From positions 13,321-77,320 of IMG/VR virus record IMGVR_UViG_3300035204_001594: 64,000 bases of DNA. The stretch is one strand, 5' to 3'. The stretch's first letter is position 1. The number at the start of each line of letters is the position of its first letter. The notes under the pieces were generated by a model. The model was not told the origin of the DNA. It made no database searches and saw only the letters and a list, made by a program, of their open reading frames with translations. Source of the DNA: a virus. Of the stretch, positions 47,418 through 56,723 are shown piece after piece. The translations under genes were made by a program, and so were the position numbers.

Positions 47418-48386
47418 TTATAAATTACACGCATTATTGGTTACTACAGACCCAAAGGCACTTGATCTAATACTTTCTACGGCTCCAGCTAAAGCGGTAA
47501 TATAACTGTCTAGCCTATCAAATCCGTTTTGAAGATCTCGTAAATCACTTACCACTATGTCTAGCTGGTCGCACCCACAACAAGGCTCAGAACAGGTTTC
47601 AGATAACAGTATAGAGTTCGAGCCGGCGTTATTTTGAATATCTACGCAGGTGCCAGGCACCAAATCTAAGTTACCGGAAGAATCCGGGCTTAGCTGATTA
47701 ATGGTTCTAATACAAGGACCTAAATCTATCTCGCCTTCGCATGTACAATCAGAGGAGAGTCCTAATCCGTCTAGCGCAGAAAAAGTAAAGGAATTCTCTA
47801 ACGGGGATGTTTGTATTCCAAAATTAGTTCTAGGCCGCATGATAACGTGGCCGGTCAAGGCTACACCAGCGGATAATACATCTTTTCCTACCCGTAGGGA
47901 TGATACCCCAGCTGTATTCATAGAGATAACCGTGGTTTCAATATATGCGTCTGTGCTGAAGTCCACCCGCCCCGGAGGGTTCTCCTGCAGTTGCTCGAGA
48001 TTACCTATTGTGATGGACCCAATAACGTTAGAAAAATCGTAATCGCTATTGGTAGCCACCCCTGTGAGGGTGTAGGAAGAGGGGTTGGTGTGGGTGTCTG
48101 CGGCAATAGCTTCTGATATGGCTGCAGTTGCCTTTTCACTGCTTACATCCGGGCTATAGTAGCCTATCTCTACGATTAGCCCGTGGGTGTAGGAAGATAT
48201 AGATTTTAGGTAAAAATTAAAAGGTTTGATGGTGGGATCGTAGGGTACACTTAAACGCATATCCACAATGAGATCATCAGGAAGATTAAATCCGTCTCCC
48301 AAAGGGGAGAGTGTAGCTTCTTGGCTTATGGGGTAGTTTCTGGTGGCGTTAGTGTTAAGCCACCCTAGCCCTACAATACTGGACAT
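47418..48386 (-). CDS. Baseplate/tail protein, NxxRxYP paralogue family
   Basis: GWLNTNATRNYPI, IRTINQLSPDSSGN, CSEPCCGC, C-terminal coiled coil. Confidence 0.65.
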   Translation of the reverse strand: MSSIVGLGWLNTNATRNYPISQEATLSPLGDGFNLPDDLIVDMRLSVPYDPTIKPFNFYLKSISSYTHGLIVEIGYYSPDVSSEKATAAISEAIAADTHTNPSSYTLTGVATNSDYDFSNVIGSITIGNLEQLQENPPGRVDFSTDAYIETTVISMNTAGVSSLRVGKDVLSAGVALTGHVIMRPRTNFGIQTSPLENSFTFSALDGLGLSSDCTCEGEIDLGPCIRTINQLSPDSSGNLDLVPGTCVDIQNNAGSNSILLSETCSEPCCGCDQLDIVVSDLRDLQNGFDRLDSYITALAGAVESIRSSAFGSVVTNNACNL

Positions 48387-48401
48387 TGGAGCACCCTATC
48401 G

Positions 48402-48761
48402 TTATTCGAGGTATAGTTGACGAAAATCATTCTTAGTAAGCTTTTGGGCCGTATTAGCATTATATAGCCTCATAAGATCCTTGTAAAGTATATCATCTTC
48501 GTCCTCTAAGGAATCGAGATAGGAATCAGGGTGTTCTAACTTAATGGAGCTATCGGGGGACGTAAGTAAGGCGCCTATAAGGGCACCTGGAATGGCGGAT
48601 AGTAACCCAAATCGGGTGGATCCGCCTAATGTATTTTGATTGAGAGTTCCGTGGGATACGTTATACGCAGCAGGTATACCAAATCCTACGCCTCCTCCTA
48701 TAAGGGCGCCTTTAAGCGCGCCTTTAGACATTCGTCGCATTATATCGGAAAACTCACCCAT
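48402..48761 (-). CDS. Glycine-zipper protein
   Basis: GALKGALIGGGVGFG..GALIGA; similar in type to 25599-26039. Confidence 0.65.
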   Translation of the reverse strand: MGEFSDIMRRMSKGALKGALIGGGVGFGIPAAYNVSHGTLNQNTLGGSTRFGLLSAIPGALIGALLTSPDSSIKLEHPDSYLDSLEDEDDILYKDLMRLYNANTAQKLTKNDFRQLYLE

Positions 48762-48764
48762 ATG

Positions 48765-51101
48765 TTAAGCCTTCGATATCTGGTATCTTACGTCTAGAAT
48801 ACCCACTTTGGGGTCTGATAAACTGCTACTAGATCTTGTGAGCTTAAATACAAATAGGTCCCCAGGTGTCACAGTTACGGCCCCGTTCATCACACTAAAC
48901 ACTTTATAGTTGTATTGTGTACTGAAAGTACCTAGCGATACAGAGTGGTTGGTGTAAGTTAGGCCTGTTATTGTACCTGTTGCCCCTGCATAAGAACCTG
49001 CGTTTAGTGTGGTGTCTACCACCTTGTAGTCCGATGACAAGCTCCCTAAGTTATTAGAGCCTGCGCTAGGGGATATAATTTGAGCGAGTATATCTACGCT
49101 ATACGTCTCCCCATTAGATGTGGGGAGGAAGGTTGGTATAAATACTTTACCTGTAACGGAGCTGGTACGCCCCGCAGGGAATACTTTATAGAAGACGTCC
49201 TCGTGGCGCTCTAATAGAATATCGTCGGCGAAGAACATATCCGGTTCGCTTTCACGAACCCCTCCGAAGTCGGCGGCGGATATAGTTACTATACCTTGAC
49301 CTCCAACTACTGTAGAGCTAACGTCGATAAGGGGCCCTGATTGAATAGCTTCGACTACGTGCCCCTTTTTAACAGCAAAGGCGTCGAAATCCTTTACCAC
49401 ATAGCTTCCGTCTACAGGACTGTCGTCCGATACGGTAAACTCCGCGTCTATAACTAGTCGACCAGATGCGGCTGTTTCGCCGTTCTCATCGGTTACCTTA
49501 ATCATAGACCCTTCTTTTGGGGTTAGGCTTTGAACAACTGCCTCGTCAGTTTTGGATGCGAGTATGGTGTAATAAAGAAGAGCTTCTTTAGGGAGTATCT
49601 CTCCGTTGTAATTTGTGGTCCATTCGGTTCCTTCTGGCCCATTAACCTCAGGAAAGCGGTATCCAAAAGGGGTACCGTCTTCGGTAAGATCAAACCAGAA
49701 AATACCTTCAGTATCTATGGTTAGCTGGGATGTGTGAGGGGCTGCTCCGTCAATATAAAGAACTGAGGATTGTACGGGATAAGGGGGCCACACTGCACTG
49801 AGGGTGGCATCTCCATCTACGTTATAGAAAAACTTGGCTCCCTCGCCGGGGCCTCCGCTAGCACAAGTGGTGCCATCGCACTGCATCCACCCTGCAATAT
49901 CAGTGTTGTGGTAGTCGGAGTTAATCCGATACTCAATCGTATTGGTCGTAGAGTTAGTGATTCTGTATAAAGGAGAGTCTCCTGCAGACTCTAAACTGCT
50001 GAGACCGCTGTTCTGAAATATAGAAATACCTGTAACGGTTGCCGGGTCGTCGTCTTTAGCGACCGCTTCCCCGCCCCTATCCCAAACGGCAAGAAACGCC
50101 TCAAAAGAATCATCGGGATTGGAGCCTCCTTGACTAATACACTCTGCATCCTCTAGGATCATTCGTGTGTAAGCGTCATTACCTTTAAAGGAATGAATCA
50201 TTCCCCCGGCTGTGCCGTTTCCTGCGTAAATAGCCGTACCCACTTTAGTGAGTGTGGTATCTAACGTGTAAGGACAGTTGGCTGGCGTTCCATTATTGGT
50301 ATATTCATATAAATAAACATCTAATTCGGTGGTATCGGCTACCCAGTTTGCGTCCCCGTCGCTGTTAGTTCCGTTAGCGTTATACCCTATGGGTAGATTC
50401 GTAGCGGGTTCGTTAACCAGCCTGAAAGAGTAGTGACGATGCGCTAGCATAAGGTCGTGTAAGACTGGTCGAACAGTAACCAAGTAGTGGCCTGTGTTAT
50501 TATCATCCGGCGTAACAAAGCAAATAGGGACCCCTAGGGCCGGTTTATTTTTGGTAACTTTTCCAGCGGTTAGGGAATCCATAGACAGGTACATCTGACC
50601 TACCTTAGATGCGCTTGTTAGGTTAGCGTAGTCTAATAGTAAGTTATCTAATAAACCTGAGGTGTAATTACTGGTACTAAACTGTCCGCTAATACATACA
50701 ACATTGTCAGTACCTGCCTCGACTACTACGCCGAAGGGGTAGGACGAATCCTCAATACCTGAGTCTAGTGTCCATGTATCGCAGCTTTCGTTGTCGTAAA
50801 TATCCCGTCCTTTAATAGCCACAAACGCTTTTTTATACGAGTTTGTGGTGGCGTCGTAGTAGACTACGTCTCCCAACGCCACCTCTGAATCAAAGGTGAC
50901 ATCCTTAACAAAGTGAGCTTGACCTATTTCAAGAGACTCTAAAAAGCAGCGTAAGTATTCGGTACGGCTACTTAAATCATTAATAGGAGCGTTTGTAGTA
51001 CTTGCATCAACGGAGTCTCCGTCGGCAATATTGGGGATATCGCAAGGATATGTAGGAGATCCTGGCCAGCTGTTACATTCATTACATCCTGAATCAGGCA
51101 T
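48765..51101 (-). CDS. Tail fibre/baseplate attachment protein
   Basis: IADGDSVDASTTNAPINDLSSRTEYLR resembles a tail-fibre N-terminal anchor. Confidence 0.65.
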   Translation of the reverse strand: MPDSGCNECNSWPGSPTYPCDIPNIADGDSVDASTTNAPINDLSSRTEYLRCFLESLEIGQAHFVKDVTFDSEVALGDVVYYDATTNSYKKAFVAIKGRDIYDNESCDTWTLDSGIEDSSYPFGVVVEAGTDNVVCISGQFSTSNYTSGLLDNLLLDYANLTSASKVGQMYLSMDSLTAGKVTKNKPALGVPICFVTPDDNNTGHYLVTVRPVLHDLMLAHRHYSFRLVNEPATNLPIGYNANGTNSDGDANWVADTTELDVYLYEYTNNGTPANCPYTLDTTLTKVGTAIYAGNGTAGGMIHSFKGNDAYTRMILEDAECISQGGSNPDDSFEAFLAVWDRGGEAVAKDDDPATVTGISIFQNSGLSSLESAGDSPLYRITNSTTNTIEYRINSDYHNTDIAGWMQCDGTTCASGGPGEGAKFFYNVDGDATLSAVWPPYPVQSSVLYIDGAAPHTSQLTIDTEGIFWFDLTEDGTPFGYRFPEVNGPEGTEWTTNYNGEILPKEALLYYTILASKTDEAVVQSLTPKEGSMIKVTDENGETAASGRLVIDAEFTVSDDSPVDGSYVVKDFDAFAVKKGHVVEAIQSGPLIDVSSTVVGGQGIVTISAADFGGVRESEPDMFFADDILLERHEDVFYKVFPAGRTSSVTGKVFIPTFLPTSNGETYSVDILAQIISPSAGSNNLGSLSSDYKVVDTTLNAGSYAGATGTITGLTYTNHSVSLGTFSTQYNYKVFSVMNGAVTVTPGDLFVFKLTRSSSSLSDPKVGILDVRYQISKA

Positions 51102-51122
51102 TAGTCGCTACTCCTGGTCATG

Positions 51123-52034
51123 TTATGCGCCTCCTGTGAAACTAGTTACAGTTAGGTTGGCGTCAGAATCATCGTCTGTAATTGTTGTATCTCCTATAGA
51201 ATTACAGTAGTTTTGAGTAAGTTCAACCTTGCCTGCGACCGTTGCGCTGTCCACTGCTGTTACTTCGAACCCTGAGGTGCCGTTGATCGCAGACGTCAAT
51301 CGAGCAGACGTGCCCGTTCCGGTAACACCGCTGGTTCCTACGCATATGTTGGTGGTGCTACCAGATCCGGTAGCTTCGTTGATCGTACTTCCGTCCGCTG
51401 TCGTAACAGTGGAGTTAAACTCAAAAACTTTAGTTACCGGGGTGGCTGCATTATCGATTATTGTCACAGTATTCCCGGATGTTGGAACAGCCGTAAACGT
51501 TACATCTCCGGTGGCGAAAGCAGTGCAAGCGCCGTCGTTTACTAGATTTAGAATCACTTGAACACTAGCGCCTTTGGATGTAGATACCGTTATATGATCG
51601 GCAGTGTCAAAATAAGAACGGGCTATGATAATATCATTTGCAACCGTGTTTACCGAAGTATCAGATACTACAACTGCGGCTCCGTAAATATCTTTTGAGG
51701 ATATGGTGGTCCCTTTTTCTCCTGTGGAGCCTCCGTCAGAGGTAAACCCTGTAAATGTAATTTTATTGTTGGTATAGTCTAAAGTGCTTAAACCTTGGTA
51801 GTGTCCGGACGCAACCACACGGGAAAACTTGGCAACGTCTACTCTAAGAAAGTCGGCGCCTGTAAGTCCTGTATAGTAGGCGTTGTGGTCGCCAGTACCC
51901 TGTACTGTAGCCTGCGTCGGGGCGCTGGGGGACGCGGCATATTCAATGTACATCTTAACCGCTACCGTCTCTTTCTGTTGTAGAAGAAGTGCGGTAGCTT
52001 CGTGAAAAGCTTCTGTTAGTACTGTAAAGGCCAT
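51123..52034 (-). CDS. Tail protein with one C-terminal copy of the fibre repeat domain
   Basis: ATGDVTF..VTIID..KVFEF..SARLTSAIN..KVELTQ..GDT..FTGG. Confidence 0.65.
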   Translation of the reverse strand: MAFTVLTEAFHEATALLLQQKETVAVKMYIEYAASPSAPTQATVQGTGDHNAYYTGLTGADFLRVDVAKFSRVVASGHYQGLSTLDYTNNKITFTGFTSDGGSTGEKGTTISSKDIYGAAVVVSDTSVNTVANDIIIARSYFDTADHITVSTSKGASVQVILNLVNDGACTAFATGDVTFTAVPTSGNTVTIIDNAATPVTKVFEFNSTVTTADGSTINEATGSGSTTNICVGTSGVTGTGTSARLTSAINGTSGFEVTAVDSATVAGKVELTQNYCNSIGDTTITDDDSDANLTVTSFTGGA

Positions 52035-52035
52035 A

Positions 52036-53274
52036 TTATCGGGTACTCATCTTAAGTTTACTGGTACTCTTATTGCTATCTGTAGAGGTAGTAGCTTCTA
52101 TTATAACAGTTTCTATAGCAAGAGGGTCATTATTTCGGTCGGGGTCAACATTACTGTACAGAGGGTTCGCTTGTACTCCAAAAATTATAATCATTTTTGT
52201 ATTTTTCGCCAGTACGGCTTCAAATACATCTATAAGTTTAGCCGCTTCGTTATCGGACAGCCCCGGGGCTAGCTCTATTAAAATAAGGTTTTCGGGTAGT
52301 AAGTATAGGGTAGATCCTTCTTCTGTGATAGCGCCGTATGCTTGTGTACTGTCTCCGTTATCAGGTAGATCCGTTACGCCAGGTATATCGTCTTCAAAGA
52401 CACCTTCTAGTTCATGCAGTACATCTATGTCTGTAGACACGGGATACCCGTAGTAGAGGGTGGTATCTACCGAAGCCGGGCTGGAGGACGTAATATACGT
52501 GTTGTTTTGCGTTATTACCACGTTCCCGTAGGGTGTCCCTGTCTTGGTCGCTATAACAACCTCTTTCTTAGTTCTAATAACGTCGCTTCCGAGGGCGCGA
52601 CACAGGGTGTACATGGTCCAATACCAGCTGGGGCCGAAGGTAAATAGTTTCCAAAGTCCCTTAAATACGTCTTGCCCTGATGTGGTAGGGGGTGCACTAA
52701 TTCCAAAGATATACCCAAACTGCCTACTTATATCCTGCCTGTCTCTGCGAACATTGTGCCCTATCAGCTTGAAATCAGGCTCATCGATTAATCCGTCTGC
52801 ATCCGCATCCTGTAACTGAGGGAACAGAGTAGAAGCATCCGTTACAAAGACCAGTAATCCGTTGTCTACGAAAAAGTCTATGCCTTCCGTATAGATGTAG
52901 GTTGGGTTATTTACGCCGTCCGCCACATAACCTACTGATTTTATGGATCTATCTCCTAGGTCGTATATGCCATATACTGAGGAAGCTTGATCTCCGTAGT
53001 CTACGTCTGTGTCTCCGTAATCTATACCAGAACCATAGGTTATGCTGGTACGAGCCGATTTGGTCAAGTGTAGGGTTTCTGTAACTGTTGTGTGTAAGGG
53101 CTCTGCTTCTGCGACTGAAGAGAATTCCGCATTTCTTACGGAATCCTTCGATGCTTGCATCTGAATGAGATCGACACCCTGAAGAACTTTATTTAATACA
53201 TCTTGTTCTTTAAATACATCTGTGTAAAAAGAGGGTATTAATGTAGTGTAGGTTGTGTAGGTGTCCGCTTTCAT
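52036..53274 (-). CDS. Baseplate wedge-like protein
   Basis: Follows baseplate J; YTEGIDFFV, FGYIFG. Confidence 0.55.
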   Translation of the reverse strand: MKADTYTTYTTLIPSFYTDVFKEQDVLNKVLQGVDLIQMQASKDSVRNAEFSSVAEAEPLHTTVTETLHLTKSARTSITYGSGIDYGDTDVDYGDQASSVYGIYDLGDRSIKSVGYVADGVNNPTYIYTEGIDFFVDNGLLVFVTDASTLFPQLQDADADGLIDEPDFKLIGHNVRRDRQDISRQFGYIFGISAPPTTSGQDVFKGLWKLFTFGPSWYWTMYTLCRALGSDVIRTKKEVVIATKTGTPYGNVVITQNNTYITSSSPASVDTTLYYGYPVSTDIDVLHELEGVFEDDIPGVTDLPDNGDSTQAYGAITEEGSTLYLLPENLILIELAPGLSDNEAAKLIDVFEAVLAKNTKMIIIFGVQANPLYSNVDPDRNNDPLAIETVIIEATTSTDSNKSTSKLKMSTR

Positions 53275-54959
53275 TAAACCTCAGCTACCACAATATCTAT
53301 TGCATAAGGATTAAGGAAAAATGCAACAGTTTTATCGCTAACTCCTCTATTAGGGTGATTAGGTGGTCTTAGGGTGTCAGAGGTTCTAAGCTGTAAAACA
53401 TCTGGGGCACCTGTGTCGTAGTTTTCATCCCCAAACGAGTAACCGGTATTATCTATGTCTGCAAACGCCGGCTTATCCGGGTAGTAAAGATTTCCGTGTA
53501 GTTTAATTGGAAAATCTATAAAAGCGTTTTCGGGTAAATAAGAGTGCACTGTATGTGCGATTAAACTAACAGGAATAGGCTTACCGAAAGGGACGCCGTT
53601 TACTGCGTTAGCAACGGCTAGCTGAATCTCTAAGGTATCTATATCTGGGGCAGCCTTAGGCTTAACAACCTTAATATTACAGCCGCAGAAAATAGGTACG
53701 GCTGCCTTAACTACCATGTCAGCGGCTACGGATCTATTTTCACCGTAGGTTACGTAATCCTGAAGAACGTCTATATAGGGAAGCTTTAGTAGTTTTACAG
53801 AATACTCAACCGACGAGGATATTAGTGCAGATGTGGCAGGGTCATTAACCCTAATCCTTACTTTTTGATAAGTGCTAAAACCTAGGTCTAGCCCGGTTAC
53901 TATACTTGGTACAGGTCCTGATGTAGGTAAGTCTACTGTACGATCGTATTCCACTATACATAAAGTTCCGCTGTTTGCGGATGTGGGTAGGTTGACCTGT
54001 GCAACGGCGTACAGGCCGTTACATTGCTCTCGGGTAAGGGTAAACTCGTAGTAATCTGTAGATGGTACTTCATCGGCTACCACAGAAATAGTTTCTACTA
54101 AAGGGTAGTGAGCGGTACGGGCATGAATATCTACGGTACCCCCTCTGTGGGTGGCTGCGCTGTCCGTCTGAATCACATCTCGGGTCATCTCGGGATCGCC
54201 AAAACCTGTCGCGCCTACGCTGATCACGTAAGGGAACTCGTCCTTTAGCTTAGCCTCAATGTGGGCCCGACCTCCTAGTATCTTACCTAAAACGCCTTGC
54301 TGTAGTTTTGTTACCAGTTCGGCATTGGTCTCCGCGTCTTTACCTCCTAAGAGTGTTTGAGCAGCTTCCACAGAAACTACCTTGGATACCTTAGGGGTCA
54401 TATTACTTGCTTTAGACCCTTCCTTCACGTTATACTTCGCCCCAACCTCAGCCGCCACTACAGGCACGTTAACAAAATACACTCCGCCAGTACCCTTAAC
54501 CAAGGCTATATCACCTGTTTGCAGCAGTGTCTCGGTTGAGCTAATAGCTCGTACAGATGCCGATACCTTGAACTCCAAGGAGTCTAGGGTCATCTTTGTA
54601 CCTTCTGGTATAAGAGTAGTGGAGTCTGAGCTGATAGTGACTCTGACGTACCCCGAAGCTTTCGCTCCGTTAGAGCGGGTTATGTTATAGTTAGAGAGTA
54701 CTCGATCTACTTGAGCATCGTCGGCTACTGTAGGATCTTTAGTTATCTCCAGCAAGCTGTTAGACTTTAGAGACGCTTCTAGCTCATCGCGGATACGCTG
54801 CTCTAGAGCTGCGTACAGATTAACTATAATATCTCGTTGGACAGACCCTGGTGTAAGGTCTAGGTCTGGAAACGACTCGTTAATATAATCGGCCAATAGT
54901 TGCTCAGTATTTAAGACTGAGGTTGATGATAGTTCGCTTAGTTTAGAATTAAATGCCAT
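53274..54959 (-). CDS. Baseplate J-like wedge protein
   Basis: DLTPGSVQRD, AAEVGAKYN, GGKDAETNAEL. Confidence 0.85.
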   Translation of the reverse strand: MAFNSKLSELSSTSVLNTEQLLADYINESFPDLDLTPGSVQRDIIVNLYAALEQRIRDELEASLKSNSLLEITKDPTVADDAQVDRVLSNYNITRSNGAKASGYVRVTISSDSTTLIPEGTKMTLDSLEFKVSASVRAISSTETLLQTGDIALVKGTGGVYFVNVPVVAAEVGAKYNVKEGSKASNMTPKVSKVVSVEAAQTLLGGKDAETNAELVTKLQQGVLGKILGGRAHIEAKLKDEFPYVISVGATGFGDPEMTRDVIQTDSAATHRGGTVDIHARTAHYPLVETISVVADEVPSTDYYEFTLTREQCNGLYAVAQVNLPTSANSGTLCIVEYDRTVDLPTSGPVPSIVTGLDLGFSTYQKVRIRVNDPATSALISSSVEYSVKLLKLPYIDVLQDYVTYGENRSVAADMVVKAAVPIFCGCNIKVVKPKAAPDIDTLEIQLAVANAVNGVPFGKPIPVSLIAHTVHSYLPENAFIDFPIKLHGNLYYPDKPAFADIDNTGYSFGDENYDTGAPDVLQLRTSDTLRPPNHPNRGVSDKTVAFFLNPYAIDIVVAEV

Positions 54960-55441
54960 TAAACACCTACTGGGATTCCTACAGGAATGATAATATTTGC
55001 GTCATTGTCTATAAACGTGAATGTAAACGTAGCTCGGATGGTTTCAAGACGTATATCTAGACTGTATATGTTTACATCTTTAATCATCTCGTCATCTAAA
55101 AACCGGGGGTCTCTTCTCCCACCCACTAGTTTAGAGGTATAAATAAACGCCAACGCCTTGGCTTTTGCTGATGCGAAATAGGCTCGAAATTGCGCTTCGT
55201 TCAATATAGCACCTTGGGCTAGTTTTTTAAAGAAGCCTGTGCCGTATGTTGTCTCTCCTAACAGTGTTCCTCTATCCGAAAGCAGCACTCTTAGAAATTT
55301 CTGAGCCTCTTTGTAGGGCCCTGCAACCACGTTACCACTACCAAAGGTTAAGGTAACCTCCTGTAAATCGGGGTCTTCACTAGGACCGAAAATATCAATA
55401 TCGGTAATTCGTCCTATGTAATCTGTGGATAACTCAGCCAT
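54959..55441 (-). CDS. gp25-like baseplate/sheath initiator
   Basis: QKFLRVLLSDRGT..YGT; immediately upstream of baseplate J. Confidence 0.6.
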   Translation of the reverse strand: MAELSTDYIGRITDIDIFGPSEDPDLQEVTLTFGSGNVVAGPYKEAQKFLRVLLSDRGTLLGETTYGTGFFKKLAQGAILNEAQFRAYFASAKAKALAFIYTSKLVGGRRDPRFLDDEMIKDVNIYSLDIRLETIRATFTFTFIDNDANIIIPVGIPVGV

Positions 55442-55857
55442 TAGTCTTCTCGCGCCTTAAGGGACTCGAATAACTCCATAGCTGCTTTTCGCTTTGGGTG
55501 CACATTAACGCTATGGTTTTTACGTCTGTGGGCTTCGGCTATAAATCTTCGGATACGATTGGTATGCCTTAAAAATACGTCTCGATGTACCCCCGCCACA
55601 ATGTCATTCTTTAGAGTGGGAACCATCATATCTTTGTGCATATTTTTGGTTTCGTCGGAGTTTACGGCTTCTTCGTACTTATCCTCAAACTCCTTACGGT
55701 CGAATAAAGATAACATAGATTCTTCTGTGTAATCTTCTTCCGGCTCAGGCAGCGCAAACGGCCGCATAGCCCCCGCTTCCTCAAATCCTTTTATAGTCTC
55801 TTCGCACTGCTTGATTAGAAAATCAAACATATTTTCAAAGCCATTACCACCTGCCAC
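55441..55857 (-). CDS. Hypothetical protein
   Basis: 138 aa, coupled at both ends. Confidence 0.6.
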   Translation of the reverse strand: MAGGNGFENMFDFLIKQCEETIKGFEEAGAMRPFALPEPEEDYTEESMLSLFDRKEFEDKYEEAVNSDETKNMHKDMMVPTLKNDIVAGVHRDVFLRHTNRIRRFIAEAHRRKNHSVNVHPKRKAAMELFESLKARED

Positions 55858-56723
55858 TATAGCACCTCCTCGGCAATTGATTTAAACTCGTCCAACCTAT
55901 CTGCTAAAGTACTAGAGATCTGACTGACTCGAGCGGGGCTTAATTTAACTTTTAAAGCCACTGCAGAGTTAGGTATGGGTTTCCGACCCCTTAGCCCTAA
56001 TCGGTGTTCGATAATAGTTTGCTCTAACGGACTTAGACTGTCATAGAATAGGTCTATTATCTCCTCTGTCTTATCGGGCATTGTTCCTGTAATTTCAGAA
56101 GCAGTAGCGGATTCTTCAGGATTTGCACCAAATTGCTGTAACTCGTGGACCCTAGCTTTACTAAACTTGCGTATACGGGCTAACTGCTCTTTGGAGATCT
56201 TCATTAAATCAGACAGCTCTCTATCTGAAGGATAGCGATTGTGGTTGTCATAAAACTCTTCTTCGAATTTAAACAACTCTGCCTGCTGTCTTGCCATACG
56301 CTCAGATACCGGTACAGGACCTGACTGCTGAGCATACCGTTTAAGGGGCTGTAGCTGGGTAAATACCCAGGACGTAAGTTTTGCGTCGCCACTCGGCTCA
56401 TAGGTTTTAACCGCTTTTATAGCCAATAAACGGGCTCTGGAGTTTACAGCCGATGTAGGCTTAGGTACCAATGCCGAGATACTTTTGTTTATTTGAGGCT
56501 GTAGATTGGTAATCAGTGTGTTTAGGTTCTCGTTGGAAGGATCCTTTGCCCATACGTCGTAAAGGGCCTCTGTATCTGTGGGTTGTACTTTATCCTTATC
56601 TGCCTTAATGGATCTGGGGACGGGGTTAATATTTTCGATAGATACAGGGTTGCCTGTTGCTTTGAGCACTTTACTACCCGTTGGGTTACCTAGATTTAGT
56701 TGATTTAAGTTACTTACAGGCAT
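55857..56723 (-). CDS. Phage sigma70-family sigma factor (regions 2-4)
   Basis: KAVKTYEPSGDAKLTSW, RYPSDRELS, LSPLEQTII..GL..AVALKVKLSPARVSQI. Confidence 0.85.
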   Translation of the reverse strand: MPVSNLNQLNLGNPTGSKVLKATGNPVSIENINPVPRSIKADKDKVQPTDTEALYDVWAKDPSNENLNTLITNLQPQINKSISALVPKPTSAVNSRARLLAIKAVKTYEPSGDAKLTSWVFTQLQPLKRYAQQSGPVPVSERMARQQAELFKFEEEFYDNHNRYPSDRELSDLMKISKEQLARIRKFSKARVHELQQFGANPEESATASEITGTMPDKTEEIIDLFYDSLSPLEQTIIEHRLGLRGRKPIPNSAVALKVKLSPARVSQISSTLADRLDEFKSIAEEVL

